This document shows, in pieces, positions 26,522 through 36,330 of a DNA stretch of 64,000 nucleotides (position 1 is the first letter of the stretch; each line of letters opens with the position of its first letter). Location: contig DASPNQ010000075.1 of NCBI GenBank assembly GCA_035626435.1, forward strand, positions 124-64,123. Reading direction: 5' to 3'. Under the pieces are notes generated by a model. It had not been told where the DNA came from and did no database searches. It worked only from the letters and a program-made list of their open reading frames with translations. This DNA is from Vicinamibacterales bacterium (GTDB lineage Bacteria; Acidobacteriota; Vicinamibacteria; Vicinamibacterales; UBA2999). A program made the translations under genes and the position numbers.

Positions 26522-28210
26522 TTATTTTCCGGCGGCGCCGCCGTCCGGCGGACGACGGTCGACGCCGCCTTCCAGCATGTTCTCTTTCTGGTTGAACACG
26601 ATGATCTGGGCGGCGCCCTGGTTGCCGACCTCATTGACGGTGTGGCCCATCGCCTGCAGCGTCTTGATCGCGTCCGCAGAAAATCCGTAGCGCTCGACGT
26701 TGATGCGATCCGGCAGCCACTGATGATGCAGCCGCCCGGCGTCGACGGCCTCCTGTGCGTTCATGCCGAAATCGATCACGTTGAGAATCGTCGTCAGAAC
26801 CGTGTTGATGATGGTGCGGCCGCCTGGCGTGCCGGTCACCATGAACAGCTGGCCGTCCTTCGCCACGATCGTCGGCGCCATGCTCGACAGCATGCGCTTA
26901 CCGGGCCGCGCCAGATTCGGCGAGGTCCCGATCAGTCCGCGCTCGTCGGTCAGGCCTGGGGCGGCGTTGAAGTCGCCCATTTCGTTGTTCAACAGGAAAC
27001 CCGCGCCAGGGACGACGATCCGCGAGCCGTAGCCATACTCGAGCGTGTAAGTCAGCGACACGGCATTGCGTTTCGCATCGACGATCGACAGGTGAGTGGT
27101 CTCGTCGGATTCGTAGGTGAACGTGAACGAGTTCGTCGACGACTTCGACGCCTTGTCGGGATTGATGGTTTTGCGCAGCTGGGCCGCATAATCCTTGGAC
27201 GTCAGCATCGCGATCGGGATGTCCTTTTCGAAGTCGGGATCGCCGAGGTAGCGTGCGCGATCCGCGAACGCGCGGCGCATCGATTCGGCGATCAGGTGCA
27301 GGTTCTTCGCCGAGCCGTAGCCGTTGCTCTTGAGATCGTAGCCTTCGAGGATGTTGAGCATCTGCACCACGGCGGTGCCGCCGGAGCTGGGCGGCGGCAT
27401 GCCGATGATCTCGTAGCCGCGATACGTGCCCTTGATGACGCCGCGCTTCTTGGCCTGATACGCCTTGAGATCCGCCATCGTGATCAGGCCGCCGTTGGCT
27501 TTCATCTCCTTTTCGATCAACGCCGCGGTTTCGCCTTCGTAGAAGCCGGCCGGCCCCTGCTCGGCAATCCGCGTCAGCGTCTTGGCCAAGTCGGGCTGCT
27601 TGAGGATGTCACCGGCTTCGTACGGCTTGCCGTTCTTCGAAAATTGCGCGAGCGACGCGGGGTATTTCTTGAAGTCGTCGAGCTGACCCGCGAGGGACCG
27701 CGCCAGCCCGTGCGACACTTCGAAGCCGTCGCGAGCCAAAGCGATCGCCGGCTGCACCAGCTCCTTCCACGGCTTCGATCCCTGTTCCTTCCACGCCAGG
27801 TGCAGCCCGGCAACGGTGCCCGGTACGCCGACCGACATGTGGCTGTTGTGATGGAGGTCGAAGTCGTATTTCCCGTCTTTCAACCACATCTCCGGCGAGG
27901 AACGCGCCGGGCCGACTTCGCGGAAATCGTAGGAGACCGGCTCACCCGCGGCCGGACGGTAGACGATGAATCCGCCGCCGCCGATGTTGCCGGCGGTCGG
28001 ATGCGTGACGGCCATCGCAAACGCCGTCGCCACCGCGGCGTCGATCGCGTTGCCGCCGCTCTGGATCACCTTGAAACCAATCTGCGAGGCGATGTCGCTC
28101 TGGGTGATGACCATGCCCAGACGAGCCCGATGAGGAGCTGAACCTGCTTCGAGGGTCAGCGAACCAATCGCCAGCGTGGCGATGGCAGCAAGAAAGACAC
28201 GGCGGATCAT
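26522..28210 (-). CDS. ggt: Gamma-glutamyltransferase
   Basis: Signal peptide present. N-terminal GGT signature (NAIDAAVATAFAMAVTHPTAGNIGGGGF). Autoprocessing and catalytic Thr context ...DETTHLSIVD, and a C-terminal GTPGG motif. Confidence 0.9.
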   Translation of the reverse strand: MIRRVFLAAIATLAIGSLTLEAGSAPHRARLGMVITQSDIASQIGFKVIQSGGNAIDAAVATAFAMAVTHPTAGNIGGGGFIVYRPAAGEPVSYDFREVGPARSSPEMWLKDGKYDFDLHHNSHMSVGVPGTVAGLHLAWKEQGSKPWKELVQPAIALARDGFEVSHGLARSLAGQLDDFKKYPASLAQFSKNGKPYEAGDILKQPDLAKTLTRIAEQGPAGFYEGETAALIEKEMKANGGLITMADLKAYQAKKRGVIKGTYRGYEIIGMPPPSSGGTAVVQMLNILEGYDLKSNGYGSAKNLHLIAESMRRAFADRARYLGDPDFEKDIPIAMLTSKDYAAQLRKTINPDKASKSSTNSFTFTYESDETTHLSIVDAKRNAVSLTYTLEYGYGSRIVVPGAGFLLNNEMGDFNAAPGLTDERGLIGTSPNLARPGKRMLSSMAPTIVAKDGQLFMVTGTPGGRTIINTVLTTILNVIDFGMNAQEAVDAGRLHHQWLPDRINVERYGFSADAIKTLQAMGHTVNEVGNQGAAQIIVFNQKENMLEGGVDRRPPDGGAAGK

Positions 28211-28236
28211 GAAAGCCTCCGCCGCGAATTATCTCC

Positions 28237-30630
28237 TCAATCCTGCCGGATCGCCACCACCGGATCGACGCGCGCCGCTCGGCGCGCCGGCAGCACGCAG
28301 GCCGCCGCCGTGACCAGAACAATCGCCAGCGGCAGCAGGATGAACGTCAGCGGATCGTGCGTGGTCACCCCAAACACGAGGCTGCCGAGCACGCGCGACA
28401 GCAGCAGCGCCGCCGGCACGCCCAGGGCCACGCCGGCAATCGCATACACTGCGCCTTGCGCGACGACAGAGGTGGCCATCGACGATGGCGTGGCGCCGAG
28501 CGCGAGACGCACTCCAATCTCACGCTCGCGCTGCCGCACGCGATACGCGACGACGCCGTACACCCCGACCAGCCCCAGTGCGAGCCCGGTCGCCGCAAAA
28601 ACCGTCAGCAGAAAGCCGAGCAAACGAGGGCGGCCTAACGTTCCCGCGATCAGAGTCGTATAGGGCTGCAGCTCCGCGACCGGGACAATCGGATCGACCT
28701 CGAAGGCGATTTGCCGGATCGCCGCGGCCAGTTGCTCCGGCGCGCCCTGCGTGCGCACGACCATCGCCATCGGAAACATGAACGTCTGCGTCAATGGCCT
28801 GAAGATTTCTGGCAGTGGTTCCTTGTCGAGGCTGACATGGCGAACGTCGCCCACGACGCCGACGATCTGCACGGGCTCGTCCTGGCCCGTACGTCCGCTC
28901 CGCACGATCATCGTCTGCCCGACCGCGCGGGACGGCTGGTCGAAGAACCGGCGCGCGAGCGTTTCGTTGACGATGGCCACCGCCGCGGACTGCGTCTGAT
29001 CGCCGTCAGCAAACGTCCGACCGTACCTCAGCGGGATCCTCATCGTCTGGAAGTAGTTGCCGTGCACGAACCGCCAACCAACCGTGGGTGGCTGCTCGCC
29101 GGGCGCGAGCGTCTGATCGATGCGGCGCGCGCCGGTCGTCCACGAGTATCCGCTCATCGGCAAGTGGCCGGCGAATGCGGTGTTGTCGACACCTGGCAGG
29201 GCGGCGACGCGTGCCCGCACCTGCTCGAGATAAGGCAACCCGGTGGTCAGCGCGCGATATTTCGACGTCGTCTGCAATCTGAACGTCAAGACGCCGCGTG
29301 GATCGAAACCTGGATCGACGCGCTGCAGGTTCCAGAGCGATCGCAGCATCAGCATCGAGCCAATTCCGAGGACCACGGCCACGCCGATCTGCACAGCGAC
29401 CAGCGATCCGAGCGCCCGGCGACGGCCGGGCGTGTCGGTCGTCCGCGACTGTCGCAGCAGCGGCTGCATCGTCGGCCGCGCCGCCAGCGCCGCGGGGACG
29501 AGGGCGACGAGCATTGCGACGGAGACGGAGGCGGCGAGGACCGTCGCAAGTACGGTCCAATCGAGCTCGATTCGACCGAGGTGGGGCACTTCCGCCGGAA
29601 TCTGCGCGACCAGAGCCGGCAACAGCGCCCGCGCGACGACCACGCCGGCGAGAGATCCGATAACGGCGAGGACGGCTTGTTCGACGAGGACCTGCTCTAT
29701 GAGCCGCCGCCGCGAGGCGCCGAGCGCGGAACGCAGCGCCATTTCGCCGACGCGCTCGATCGATCGGCCAAGCACCAGCGTCCCGAGATTGATCGCGGCC
29801 AGCATCAAGATCAGTCCGACCGCGCCGAGCAGGATCAACAACGCGGGCCGCACGTCCCCCGTGATCGATTCCTGAAACGACTGTACGCGCATGGTTCGGC
29901 CCCAATCGCTCGGGCGGGCCAGCTCCTTGCGCATCGCCGGAACCAGTTCGCTCAGCTCACGGGTCGCGGTTTGTACAGTGGCTTCGCGGGTCAGGCGGCC
30001 AACCGCGAGTGAGAACGTCGCTTTGAATTGCGGTGTACCTGGCGTCCAGGCCAGCGGCGCCCACAGATCCGTTCCCGGCTCGAAGACCTCAAAGCCGGGC
30101 GGCATCACGCCGACGATGGTGTGTGGTTCCTGATCGAGCTGGATGATGCGGCCAATCACGGCGGGATTGGCGCCGAAGCGACTTCGCCACACGCCGTCGC
30201 TCAACACCACGATACGTTGGGCGTTGGGCGCACTGTCACCGGGTTCAATCACGCGGCCAAGCGCAGCCGTTGCGCCGAGCGTTCGAAACAGGTTGTCCGA
30301 GGTCCGCGCCCCGGTGACCTTGAGGGGCTCGCCGCCGTCGGCGACGAGACCCATCATCCAACCGCCAGACAACGCCGCGATGTGTTCGAAACTGCGTGTT
30401 CGACTCCTCCAGTAATCGACATCCTCGTTGGAGACGAAGACGTTTGGCGCGATCGCCACAAGGCGATCGGGCTCGGGAAAGGGCAACGGCCGCAGCAGCA
30501 CGCCACGAACGACGGAGAACACCGCCGCGTTGGCGCCCGCGCCTAGTGCGAGCAGCGTCAGGGCCACCACGGCAAAACCGGGGCGTCGAAACAGATTCCG
30601 TAAGGCGAGCGACAGGGCAGGGGATCGCAT
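28237..30630 (-). CDS. Duplicated FtsX/MacB-type ABC permease (second ADOP-type orphan permease)
   Basis: 797 aa. Typical N-terminus LRNLFRRPGFAVVALTLLALGAGANAAVFSVVRGVLLRPLPFPEPDRLV. Two FtsX modules. C-terminal ...RVDPVVAIRQD. Confidence 0.85.
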   Translation of the reverse strand: MRSPALSLALRNLFRRPGFAVVALTLLALGAGANAAVFSVVRGVLLRPLPFPEPDRLVAIAPNVFVSNEDVDYWRSRTRSFEHIAALSGGWMMGLVADGGEPLKVTGARTSDNLFRTLGATAALGRVIEPGDSAPNAQRIVVLSDGVWRSRFGANPAVIGRIIQLDQEPHTIVGVMPPGFEVFEPGTDLWAPLAWTPGTPQFKATFSLAVGRLTREATVQTATRELSELVPAMRKELARPSDWGRTMRVQSFQESITGDVRPALLILLGAVGLILMLAAINLGTLVLGRSIERVGEMALRSALGASRRRLIEQVLVEQAVLAVIGSLAGVVVARALLPALVAQIPAEVPHLGRIELDWTVLATVLAASVSVAMLVALVPAALAARPTMQPLLRQSRTTDTPGRRRALGSLVAVQIGVAVVLGIGSMLMLRSLWNLQRVDPGFDPRGVLTFRLQTTSKYRALTTGLPYLEQVRARVAALPGVDNTAFAGHLPMSGYSWTTGARRIDQTLAPGEQPPTVGWRFVHGNYFQTMRIPLRYGRTFADGDQTQSAAVAIVNETLARRFFDQPSRAVGQTMIVRSGRTGQDEPVQIVGVVGDVRHVSLDKEPLPEIFRPLTQTFMFPMAMVVRTQGAPEQLAAAIRQIAFEVDPIVPVAELQPYTTLIAGTLGRPRLLGFLLTVFAATGLALGLVGVYGVVAYRVRQREREIGVRLALGATPSSMATSVVAQGAVYAIAGVALGVPAALLLSRVLGSLVFGVTTHDPLTFILLPLAIVLVTAAACVLPARRAARVDPVVAIRQD

Positions 30631-30723
30631 GCCACGTTAGACGACGGAGGTCAGGATGCGTTAGCTCGGTGCCAGGCGCGAGAAGGCAGAAAGCCGCGGG
30701 AAATGTCAGAATGGCGGGGCGTG

Positions 30724-31881
30724 ATGACGAAGAGTGTTTCCGTAACCTCGAAATTGCCCGACGTCGGGGTGAGCATATTCGCGGTGCAGACGCGGCTCGC
30801 GAACGAGCACAAGGCGATCAATCTCTCGCAGGGATTCCCTGACTTCGACTGCGACCCGGCGCTCGTCGAAGCGGTGGCGAAAGCCATGCGGGACGGGCAC
30901 AACCAGTACGCGCCGATGCCCGGCGTGCCGGCGCTTCGTGAAGCGATCGCCGGCAAGGTTGCGCAGTTGTACGGTCCCGAGTACGACCCGATGACCGAGG
31001 TGGTCGTGACGTCGGGAGCGACCGCAGGATTGTTTGCGACCTTAACGACCTTCGTGCAGCCTGGCGACGAGGTCGTGCTGTTCGAGCCTTGTTACGACTC
31101 CTACGTGCCGGTAATCCGCCTCAGCGGCGGCACGCCGGTGTTCGTCAGTTTGCGTTATCCCGATTACGCGGTGAACTGGGATGAGGTGCGGCTGGCAATC
31201 ACGCCGCGGACCCGCGCCATCCTCGTCAACACGCCGCACAATCCCACCGGAACGACGTGGTCGGCGGACGACATGCGGCAGCTGGCTTCGATCGTCGACG
31301 GCACCAACATCATTCTGATCGGCGACGAGGTCTACGAGCACATCATTTTCGACGGCCGCCGGCACGAGAGTTTGTTGCGCTACCCGGACCTCCGCGCGCG
31401 CGCGGTGGTGATCAGCTCCTTTGGCAAAACGTTCCATACCACCGGATGGAAGGTCGGTTATTGCGTCGGCCCCAAGGAACTGATCGCCGAAGTGATCCGC
31501 GTGCATCAATTCATGACGTTCACGGTGCACACACCCTCGCAGATTGCCTTCGCGGAATTCGTCCGCCGAGATCCGTCTGCAAAAGACCTGTCGCCCTTCT
31601 ATCAGGCGAAGCGCGACTTGTTCCTGCAGTTGACTGCGGCGTCGCGTTTTCGTCCGTTGCCATGCGGCGGCACCTATTTTCAGTTGTTCGACTATTCGGA
31701 CATCGCGAGCACAGACACCGACAAGGCGATCGCGCATCGCCTGCTGGTCGAGCACGGCGTGGCTTCGATTCCGGTGTCGGCGTTTCTCTATAAAGATCCC
31801 GGCGGGCCGGTGCTGCGTTTCTGTTTTGCGAAGAAGGACGAGACCCTCACCGCTGCGGCGGATCGGCTCGTCAAGATTTAG
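30724..31881 (+). CDS. Class I/II pyridoxal-phosphate aminotransferase (YbdL/methionine aminotransferase-like)
   Basis: INLSQGFPDF, NTPHNPTG, and the PLP-lysine context SSFGKTFHTTGWKVGY. The track start at 30703 is also possible. Confidence 0.8.
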   Translation: MTKSVSVTSKLPDVGVSIFAVQTRLANEHKAINLSQGFPDFDCDPALVEAVAKAMRDGHNQYAPMPGVPALREAIAGKVAQLYGPEYDPMTEVVVTSGATAGLFATLTTFVQPGDEVVLFEPCYDSYVPVIRLSGGTPVFVSLRYPDYAVNWDEVRLAITPRTRAILVNTPHNPTGTTWSADDMRQLASIVDGTNIILIGDEVYEHIIFDGRRHESLLRYPDLRARAVVISSFGKTFHTTGWKVGYCVGPKELIAEVIRVHQFMTFTVHTPSQIAFAEFVRRDPSAKDLSPFYQAKRDLFLQLTAASRFRPLPCGGTYFQLFDYSDIASTDTDKAIAHRLLVEHGVASIPVSAFLYKDPGGPVLRFCFAKKDETLTAAADRLVKI

Positions 31882-32687
31882 AGAATCTGCCGCAGGTAGC
31901 CGGCCAGCGGCGTGCTCTGCTGCCACTGCCTCGGATAGCCGAGCGAGACTTCCTCGAACCGAACGCCATCGATGTGGCGGCTCGAGCGCATGTGCAGATG
32001 GCCGTAGATCGCGGTTTCGATGTTGAAGCGGCGATGCCAGTCGCTGGTCCTGGTCGTGCCGCACCAGATCGAAAATCGCGGAATGCGCGGCAGCACCGCG
32101 AGTTCCGCCCGCAGCGGGAAGTGATTCGCGACGATCAGCCTGGTGTCCGGGGACATCTCGGCCAGGCGCTGCTCCGTATATGCGACGCGCGCCGCACACC
32201 ATTCGTCGCAGGTTGCGTACGGATTCGGCGAGAGCAGGTCCTCGTCGGCCGAGCGAACGCCAGTGATCGACGCCCAGGTCACGGCGTTTTCCCGAGTCAC
32301 GGTGGCGGGGCGGAATGAGTAATCGAACAGCGTGAACGTCGGGACGATCGCGCGAGCCGGGCCGTCGCCCGGCCATCGCGCAAATCCGTCTTCGGGCGTC
32401 AGCGCGCGGTACTTGTGACACAACGACACCAGGCGCTGGTAATGAGGCACGCCGCGCTGGGCAGTCGGGAGCGTGCGTGGCGTCCAGAGATCGTGATTGC
32501 CGGGCGTCCAAATCACCTGCGCGAATCGCGGCGTCAGCGTGCGCAGCACGAAGTCCAGATGTGCGGGGGTCTCGCCGGTGTCGCCGGCGATGATCAGCCA
32601 GTCCTCCGGGTAATCGGGCAATGCCTGCACCGCACGCCGGTTTTCCTCGTAGCCGACGTGCAGGTCGCTGATCGCCCACAACTTCAT
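31878..32687 (-). CDS. Metallophosphoesterase
   Basis: MKLWAISDLHVG, IIAGDTGE and TPGNHD motifs. The internal ATG at 32687 fits the 40-bp gap to the upstream gene. The track ORF start at 32855 would overlap that gene. Confidence 0.75.
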   Translation of the reverse strand: MKLWAISDLHVGYEENRRAVQALPDYPEDWLIIAGDTGETPAHLDFVLRTLTPRFAQVIWTPGNHDLWTPRTLPTAQRGVPHYQRLVSLCHKYRALTPEDGFARWPGDGPARAIVPTFTLFDYSFRPATVTRENAVTWASITGVRSADEDLLSPNPYATCDEWCAARVAYTEQRLAEMSPDTRLIVANHFPLRAELAVLPRIPRFSIWCGTTRTSDWHRRFNIETAIYGHLHMRSSRHIDGVRFEEVSLGYPRQWQQSTPLAGYLRQIL

Positions 32688-32727
32688 GCGCCGGCTCGCT
32701 CCAGGCGCCGCTGCATCGTCCCGCCGG

Positions 32728-33456
32728 TCATGCCGGCGGTACCACTTCGCGCAGCCGTACCGGGAGATCGCGGCCTTCGCGCCGCACCGCGAGGGCAAGG
32801 CGATGGTCGGGTGTAATCCAGTCCTGCACGAATTGCCATGAACGCGGGTCGTCATCGAGGGCCGGTTCGAAGGTGATCACCGGCGGGGCCGGCGGATTGA
32901 GCTTGAACGCGAAGTCGGCGAGCGGCAGCGCGAGGCCGAACCCGCGTGCCTTGATATACGACTCCTTGAGCGTCCAGTAATCGAAGAAGACCCGTGCCTG
33001 TTCCTCTGCCGGCAGCTGCTTCAGATCGTGCACCTCCGCCGGCGCAAAGAAGCGCGCGGCGACATCATGTGTGAGGTGGCGTCTGATGTGCTCGACGTCG
33101 ACGCCGACCTCGCGGCCGATCGTGACCGCGCACACGATCACGCCATCGGTATGCGAAATGTTGAAACGCAAATCCGGGGCGCCGGCATGCCGATCGAGAA
33201 TCTCGGGCCGGCCGTGCGCATTGGCGATGAACCGCCAGTCGGCCGGCGCCACCGGCGCGTATCGCGAGAGCGTCGTTCGCACCAGCGCGCGCGTCAACAG
33301 GAAGGCGCGTCGATCGCGATCGAATACAAACCGCTCCATGCGGCGCCGTTCATCGTCGGACAGCAGCGGCTGGTAGGCGTCGAGCCGCGCCAGGGCATCC
33401 GCGTTCGTCGTTCGCACGACGTCGACGTGCACGGCGTGTATCGGCAGTTCGTCCAT
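32728..33456 (-). CDS. 4'-phosphopantetheinyl transferase (Sfp-type)
   Basis: GVDVEHI...FFDYWTLKESYIKARGFG motifs of the PPTase superfamily. Confidence 0.75.
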   Translation of the reverse strand: MDELPIHAVHVDVVRTTNADALARLDAYQPLLSDDERRRMERFVFDRDRRAFLLTRALVRTTLSRYAPVAPADWRFIANAHGRPEILDRHAGAPDLRFNISHTDGVIVCAVTIGREVGVDVEHIRRHLTHDVAARFFAPAEVHDLKQLPAEEQARVFFDYWTLKESYIKARGFGLALPLADFAFKLNPPAPPVITFEPALDDDPRSWQFVQDWITPDHRLALAVRREGRDLPVRLREVVPPA

Positions 33457-33458
33457 GA

Positions 33459-34046
33459 CTATTTCGAGCGTCGTATGCGGATCACGATGATCGCGACGGC
33501 AATCGCCGCGACCGCCAGGCCAATACCGATCTGCGCACCGTACTGCTTCATGTACTCCGCGGCCCGCTCGCCGTACAGCACCGCCAGATAACCCTGCCCG
33601 AAGTAGCGGATGCCGCGGCCGATGACGATCGCCAGACCGAACTTGACTGGTGACACGGCCGCCGCCCCGGCCATCAGGACAAAGACCTTGAACGGCACGG
33701 GGGGTGGAAGCAGCGCCGGCACAATGACCGCGAGCAGCCCGTATTTCTGGTACAGCGCCAGCATCCGGTCGACGTGGCGGCCTTTCAGCCGCTTGCGCAT
33801 GAACACTTCACCGCCGCGGCGGGCGACAACGTACAACGCGAAACAGCCGACGAGAGAGCCGAGTACGGTCATGCCCGCGTAATACGGCATCCGCGCGGGG
33901 TACTTGGTGCTGAGGACGATGATCAGCAGATCGTTGACCTGCGGGAACGACAGAAACGACGAATCGAGCGCGGCGATCACGAACAGGCCGACGCCGCCGA
34001 GTTCGCTGGCCCACTCCTGAATGGTCGAGACGATCGAGCCGATCAT
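33459..34046 (-). CDS. DedA/VTT-domain (YqaA-like) membrane protein
   Basis: 195-aa multi-TM protein. Motifs FLSFPQVNDLLII and ARRGGEVFMRKRL are characteristic of SNARE-associated/DedA-type proteins. Confidence 0.6.
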   Translation of the reverse strand: MIGSIVSTIQEWASELGGVGLFVIAALDSSFLSFPQVNDLLIIVLSTKYPARMPYYAGMTVLGSLVGCFALYVVARRGGEVFMRKRLKGRHVDRMLALYQKYGLLAVIVPALLPPPVPFKVFVLMAGAAAVSPVKFGLAIVIGRGIRYFGQGYLAVLYGERAAEYMKQYGAQIGIGLAVAAIAVAIIVIRIRRSK

Positions 34047-35029
34047 GGCGTCTGCCGCGGCGCCGCGGCGTCGCGAGGATACACGGCCAAACCAAGCGCC
34101 GCGAACAGTAGGCTGCGGAACCGCCGGAACAGCGCCAGGGTGCCGCCACCTGCGAGACCGAGCGCATTCACGACCGCGACATGCGAGGCTTCAAGCGCTC
34201 CGAGGTTGCCTGGTATCGCGCCCCCGGCGACGCTCGCCGATCGCCAGAACGTCTCGACAATCGTGCCGACCCAGAGCGAGATCGGCTGCCCCATCGCCCA
34301 GAACACCAGGAACACCTCGACCGCCATCAGCCAATAGCACGCGATGGCGAGCACGAACAGCAGTTGCATGCGCCGCCGATCGGTCCGCGCCAGTTTCAGA
34401 AACAGATCTTCGACCGCCGTGATCGCGCCCGCGGTCCGGCCGCCGGCCCACTGCCACCGCGTGACGCGGTAGATGCGTTCGATCAGCGGCCCGAAGTAGC
34501 GGCCGCGGCGCGTCAGGAACACCAGGGTGAGGATCAACACGACGCCCGCGCTGATCGCGATGCCGCGGAACAGGCTCTGCCAGGCCGGCGGCAGCATGTC
34601 GGATGAAACGGCGAATGCCGCGAAGATGCCCACGCCGAGCACGCTCATGATGCCCATCGCCGTCCGTTCGAGGACCGTGGCCGCCGCGCTGACGACCGGC
34701 GAGACGTGACCCATCAGCATCACGACGCGCAACGGCTCGCTCGCCACGCCGCGGATCGTGAAATAGCCGACGCCGTCGGCGGCGAGCCGCACGCGAAAGA
34801 TGCGCCAGAAGGCGGGCCGCTGGTCGGCAGGGAAGCAGATGTACCACCCCGCGGCGCGGAGCAAGTGCCAGCCTATGCTCGGCAGCAACACCAGCGGCAG
34901 GGCGCCGCCGAGATTGCGCACCTCGTTCAGCGTCTCCGTGCGGTCGATGCCGAGCATCGTCACGACAAACAGCGCGAGACCGACCAGTATGGCGGCCAAA
35001 GAGATCAGTTGCGGAACCGTGCGGCTCAA
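34043..35029 (-). CDS. Flippase-like membrane protein (lysylphosphatidylglycerol-synthase TM-region / UPF0104 family)
   Basis: 328 aa with about 8 TM segments and the usual N-terminal architecture of the family. 4-bp ATGA overlap with the downstream dedA-like gene. Confidence 0.55.
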   Translation of the reverse strand: MSRTVPQLISLAAILVGLALFVVTMLGIDRTETLNEVRNLGGALPLVLLPSIGWHLLRAAGWYICFPADQRPAFWRIFRVRLAADGVGYFTIRGVASEPLRVVMLMGHVSPVVSAAATVLERTAMGIMSVLGVGIFAAFAVSSDMLPPAWQSLFRGIAISAGVVLILTLVFLTRRGRYFGPLIERIYRVTRWQWAGGRTAGAITAVEDLFLKLARTDRRRMQLLFVLAIACYWLMAVEVFLVFWAMGQPISLWVGTIVETFWRSASVAGGAIPGNLGALEASHVAVVNALGLAGGGTLALFRRFRSLLFAALGLAVYPRDAAAPRQTP

Positions 35030-35120
35030 CGCGGTGTCGCCTCCGCGAGGTCCACGGCCTGCGACGCGCGCGCGGCGCGGCGGCGTGATGAACGGACGAT
35101 CGATGAACTGCTCACGCCGG

Positions 35121-35618
35121 TTATCGGAGGTTCTCAGGAATCAGCCGCTCCACGATCACCACGTCGCGCCAGACCCCGTCGAGCTTGGCGTGCTTCTCGT
35201 AGATGCCGACTTCGCGGAATCCTAGCGACGCCATCAGCTTCCGGCTCGCGGTGTTCTCGATGAAGATGCGCGACACCAGCTTCCAGATCCCGGCCGGGAC
35301 CACCGCGTCGAGCAGCGCGCGCATGGCGACCGTGCCGGCACCGCGGCCGCGCGCGTGGCGTGCGACGTACACAGAGAACTCGGCAATACCGGCGTAGCAG
35401 TCGCGCGTGCGGTAATGCGAGGTCGAGGCGAACGCGATCACGTCGCCGTCGTCTTCGACGACGACAATCGGGTGGACGCCGTCGAACCAGGCGCGAATGT
35501 CGGCCTCGGTGCGAGGGCGGGTTTCGAAGGTTCCGACGCGGTCCTCGATGCCTTCGTTGTAGATTTGGGCGAGGCGCGCCGCGTCATCCGGGGACGCCGG
35601 TCGTGCGGTGAGTGGCAT
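35121..35618 (-). CDS. GNAT N-acetyltransferase, phosphinothricin-acetyltransferase-like
   Basis: RPASPDDAARLAQIYNEGIEDRVGTFETRPRTEADIRAWF and ...VARHARGRGAGTVAMRALL match the PAT/MddA-like subfamily. Confidence 0.7.
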   Translation of the reverse strand: MPLTARPASPDDAARLAQIYNEGIEDRVGTFETRPRTEADIRAWFDGVHPIVVVEDDGDVIAFASTSHYRTRDCYAGIAEFSVYVARHARGRGAGTVAMRALLDAVVPAGIWKLVSRIFIENTASRKLMASLGFREVGIYEKHAKLDGVWRDVVIVERLIPENLR

Positions 35619-35643
35619 CGATTATTTAGAGGATAACAAACAA

Positions 35644-36315
35644 ATGCGTGCGATCGCCGTGAGCGTTGCGTTGGTTCTCGTCGCCGTCGCGTCACTCGAC
35701 GCGCAACGTCGTCATCCGATCAGCGGCCGGCTGCTGGCGCCGGTGATGGGTGTTGGCGGCGCCGGGTGGCTGGAGCGCGTCGAGCGTGAAGATGAAGAGG
35801 CGCCGTCGAAAGCGCTGGCGCTGCTCGATCTGAAACCGGGGATGGTGGTCGCCGACATCGGCGCGGGCTCCGGCTACTACACCGCGCGCATCGCCAAACT
35901 GGTTGGCCCGAGCGGGAAGGTGTTCGCGACAGACATCCAGCCGGGGATGATCCAACTGCTCGATCGCCGGATCAGGCAGGAAGGGTTGACGAACGTGACG
36001 ACCATTCTTGGCGGCCACGACGATCCGCACCTGCCGCCGAATTCGATCGATCTGGCGTTGATGGTCGACGTCTATCACGAGCTGCAGCAGCCGCAGTTCT
36101 TCCTGCAGCAGTTGAAATACGCGTTGAAGCCGAACGGCCGTCTCGTCCTGCTCGAGTTCCGCAAGGAGGATCCCAGCATCCCGATCCTCGAGGTGCACAA
36201 AATGAGCGTTGCCGAGGTGCGCGCCGAGATGGAAGCGGAAGGCTACGAAATCGAGCGCGTCATCGAGGGCCTGCCCTGGCAGCATCTGATCGTGATTCGT
36301 GTCAAACACAAATGA
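35644..36315 (+). CDS. Secreted class I SAM-dependent methyltransferase
   Basis: Signal peptide MRAIAVSVALVLVAVASLDAQ. SAM motif I VVADIGAGSGYYT. Confidence 0.7.
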   Translation: MRAIAVSVALVLVAVASLDAQRRHPISGRLLAPVMGVGGAGWLERVEREDEEAPSKALALLDLKPGMVVADIGAGSGYYTARIAKLVGPSGKVFATDIQPGMIQLLDRRIRQEGLTNVTTILGGHDDPHLPPNSIDLALMVDVYHELQQPQFFLQQLKYALKPNGRLVLLEFRKEDPSIPILEVHKMSVAEVRAEMEAEGYEIERVIEGLPWQHLIVIRVKHK

Positions 36316-36330
36316 CGTTAGAATCCGCGC

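Noticed and set aside
26642-30012. Long plus-strand ORFs (499 aa and 433 aa) opposite ggt and the second permease.
   Set aside because: Shadow ORFs. The minus-strand products carry canonical GGT and FtsX signatures.
31042-32679. 545-aa minus-strand ORF spanning the aminotransferase and phosphoesterase loci.
   Set aside because: It crosses two well-supported genes on different strands. Low-complexity Arg-rich translation.
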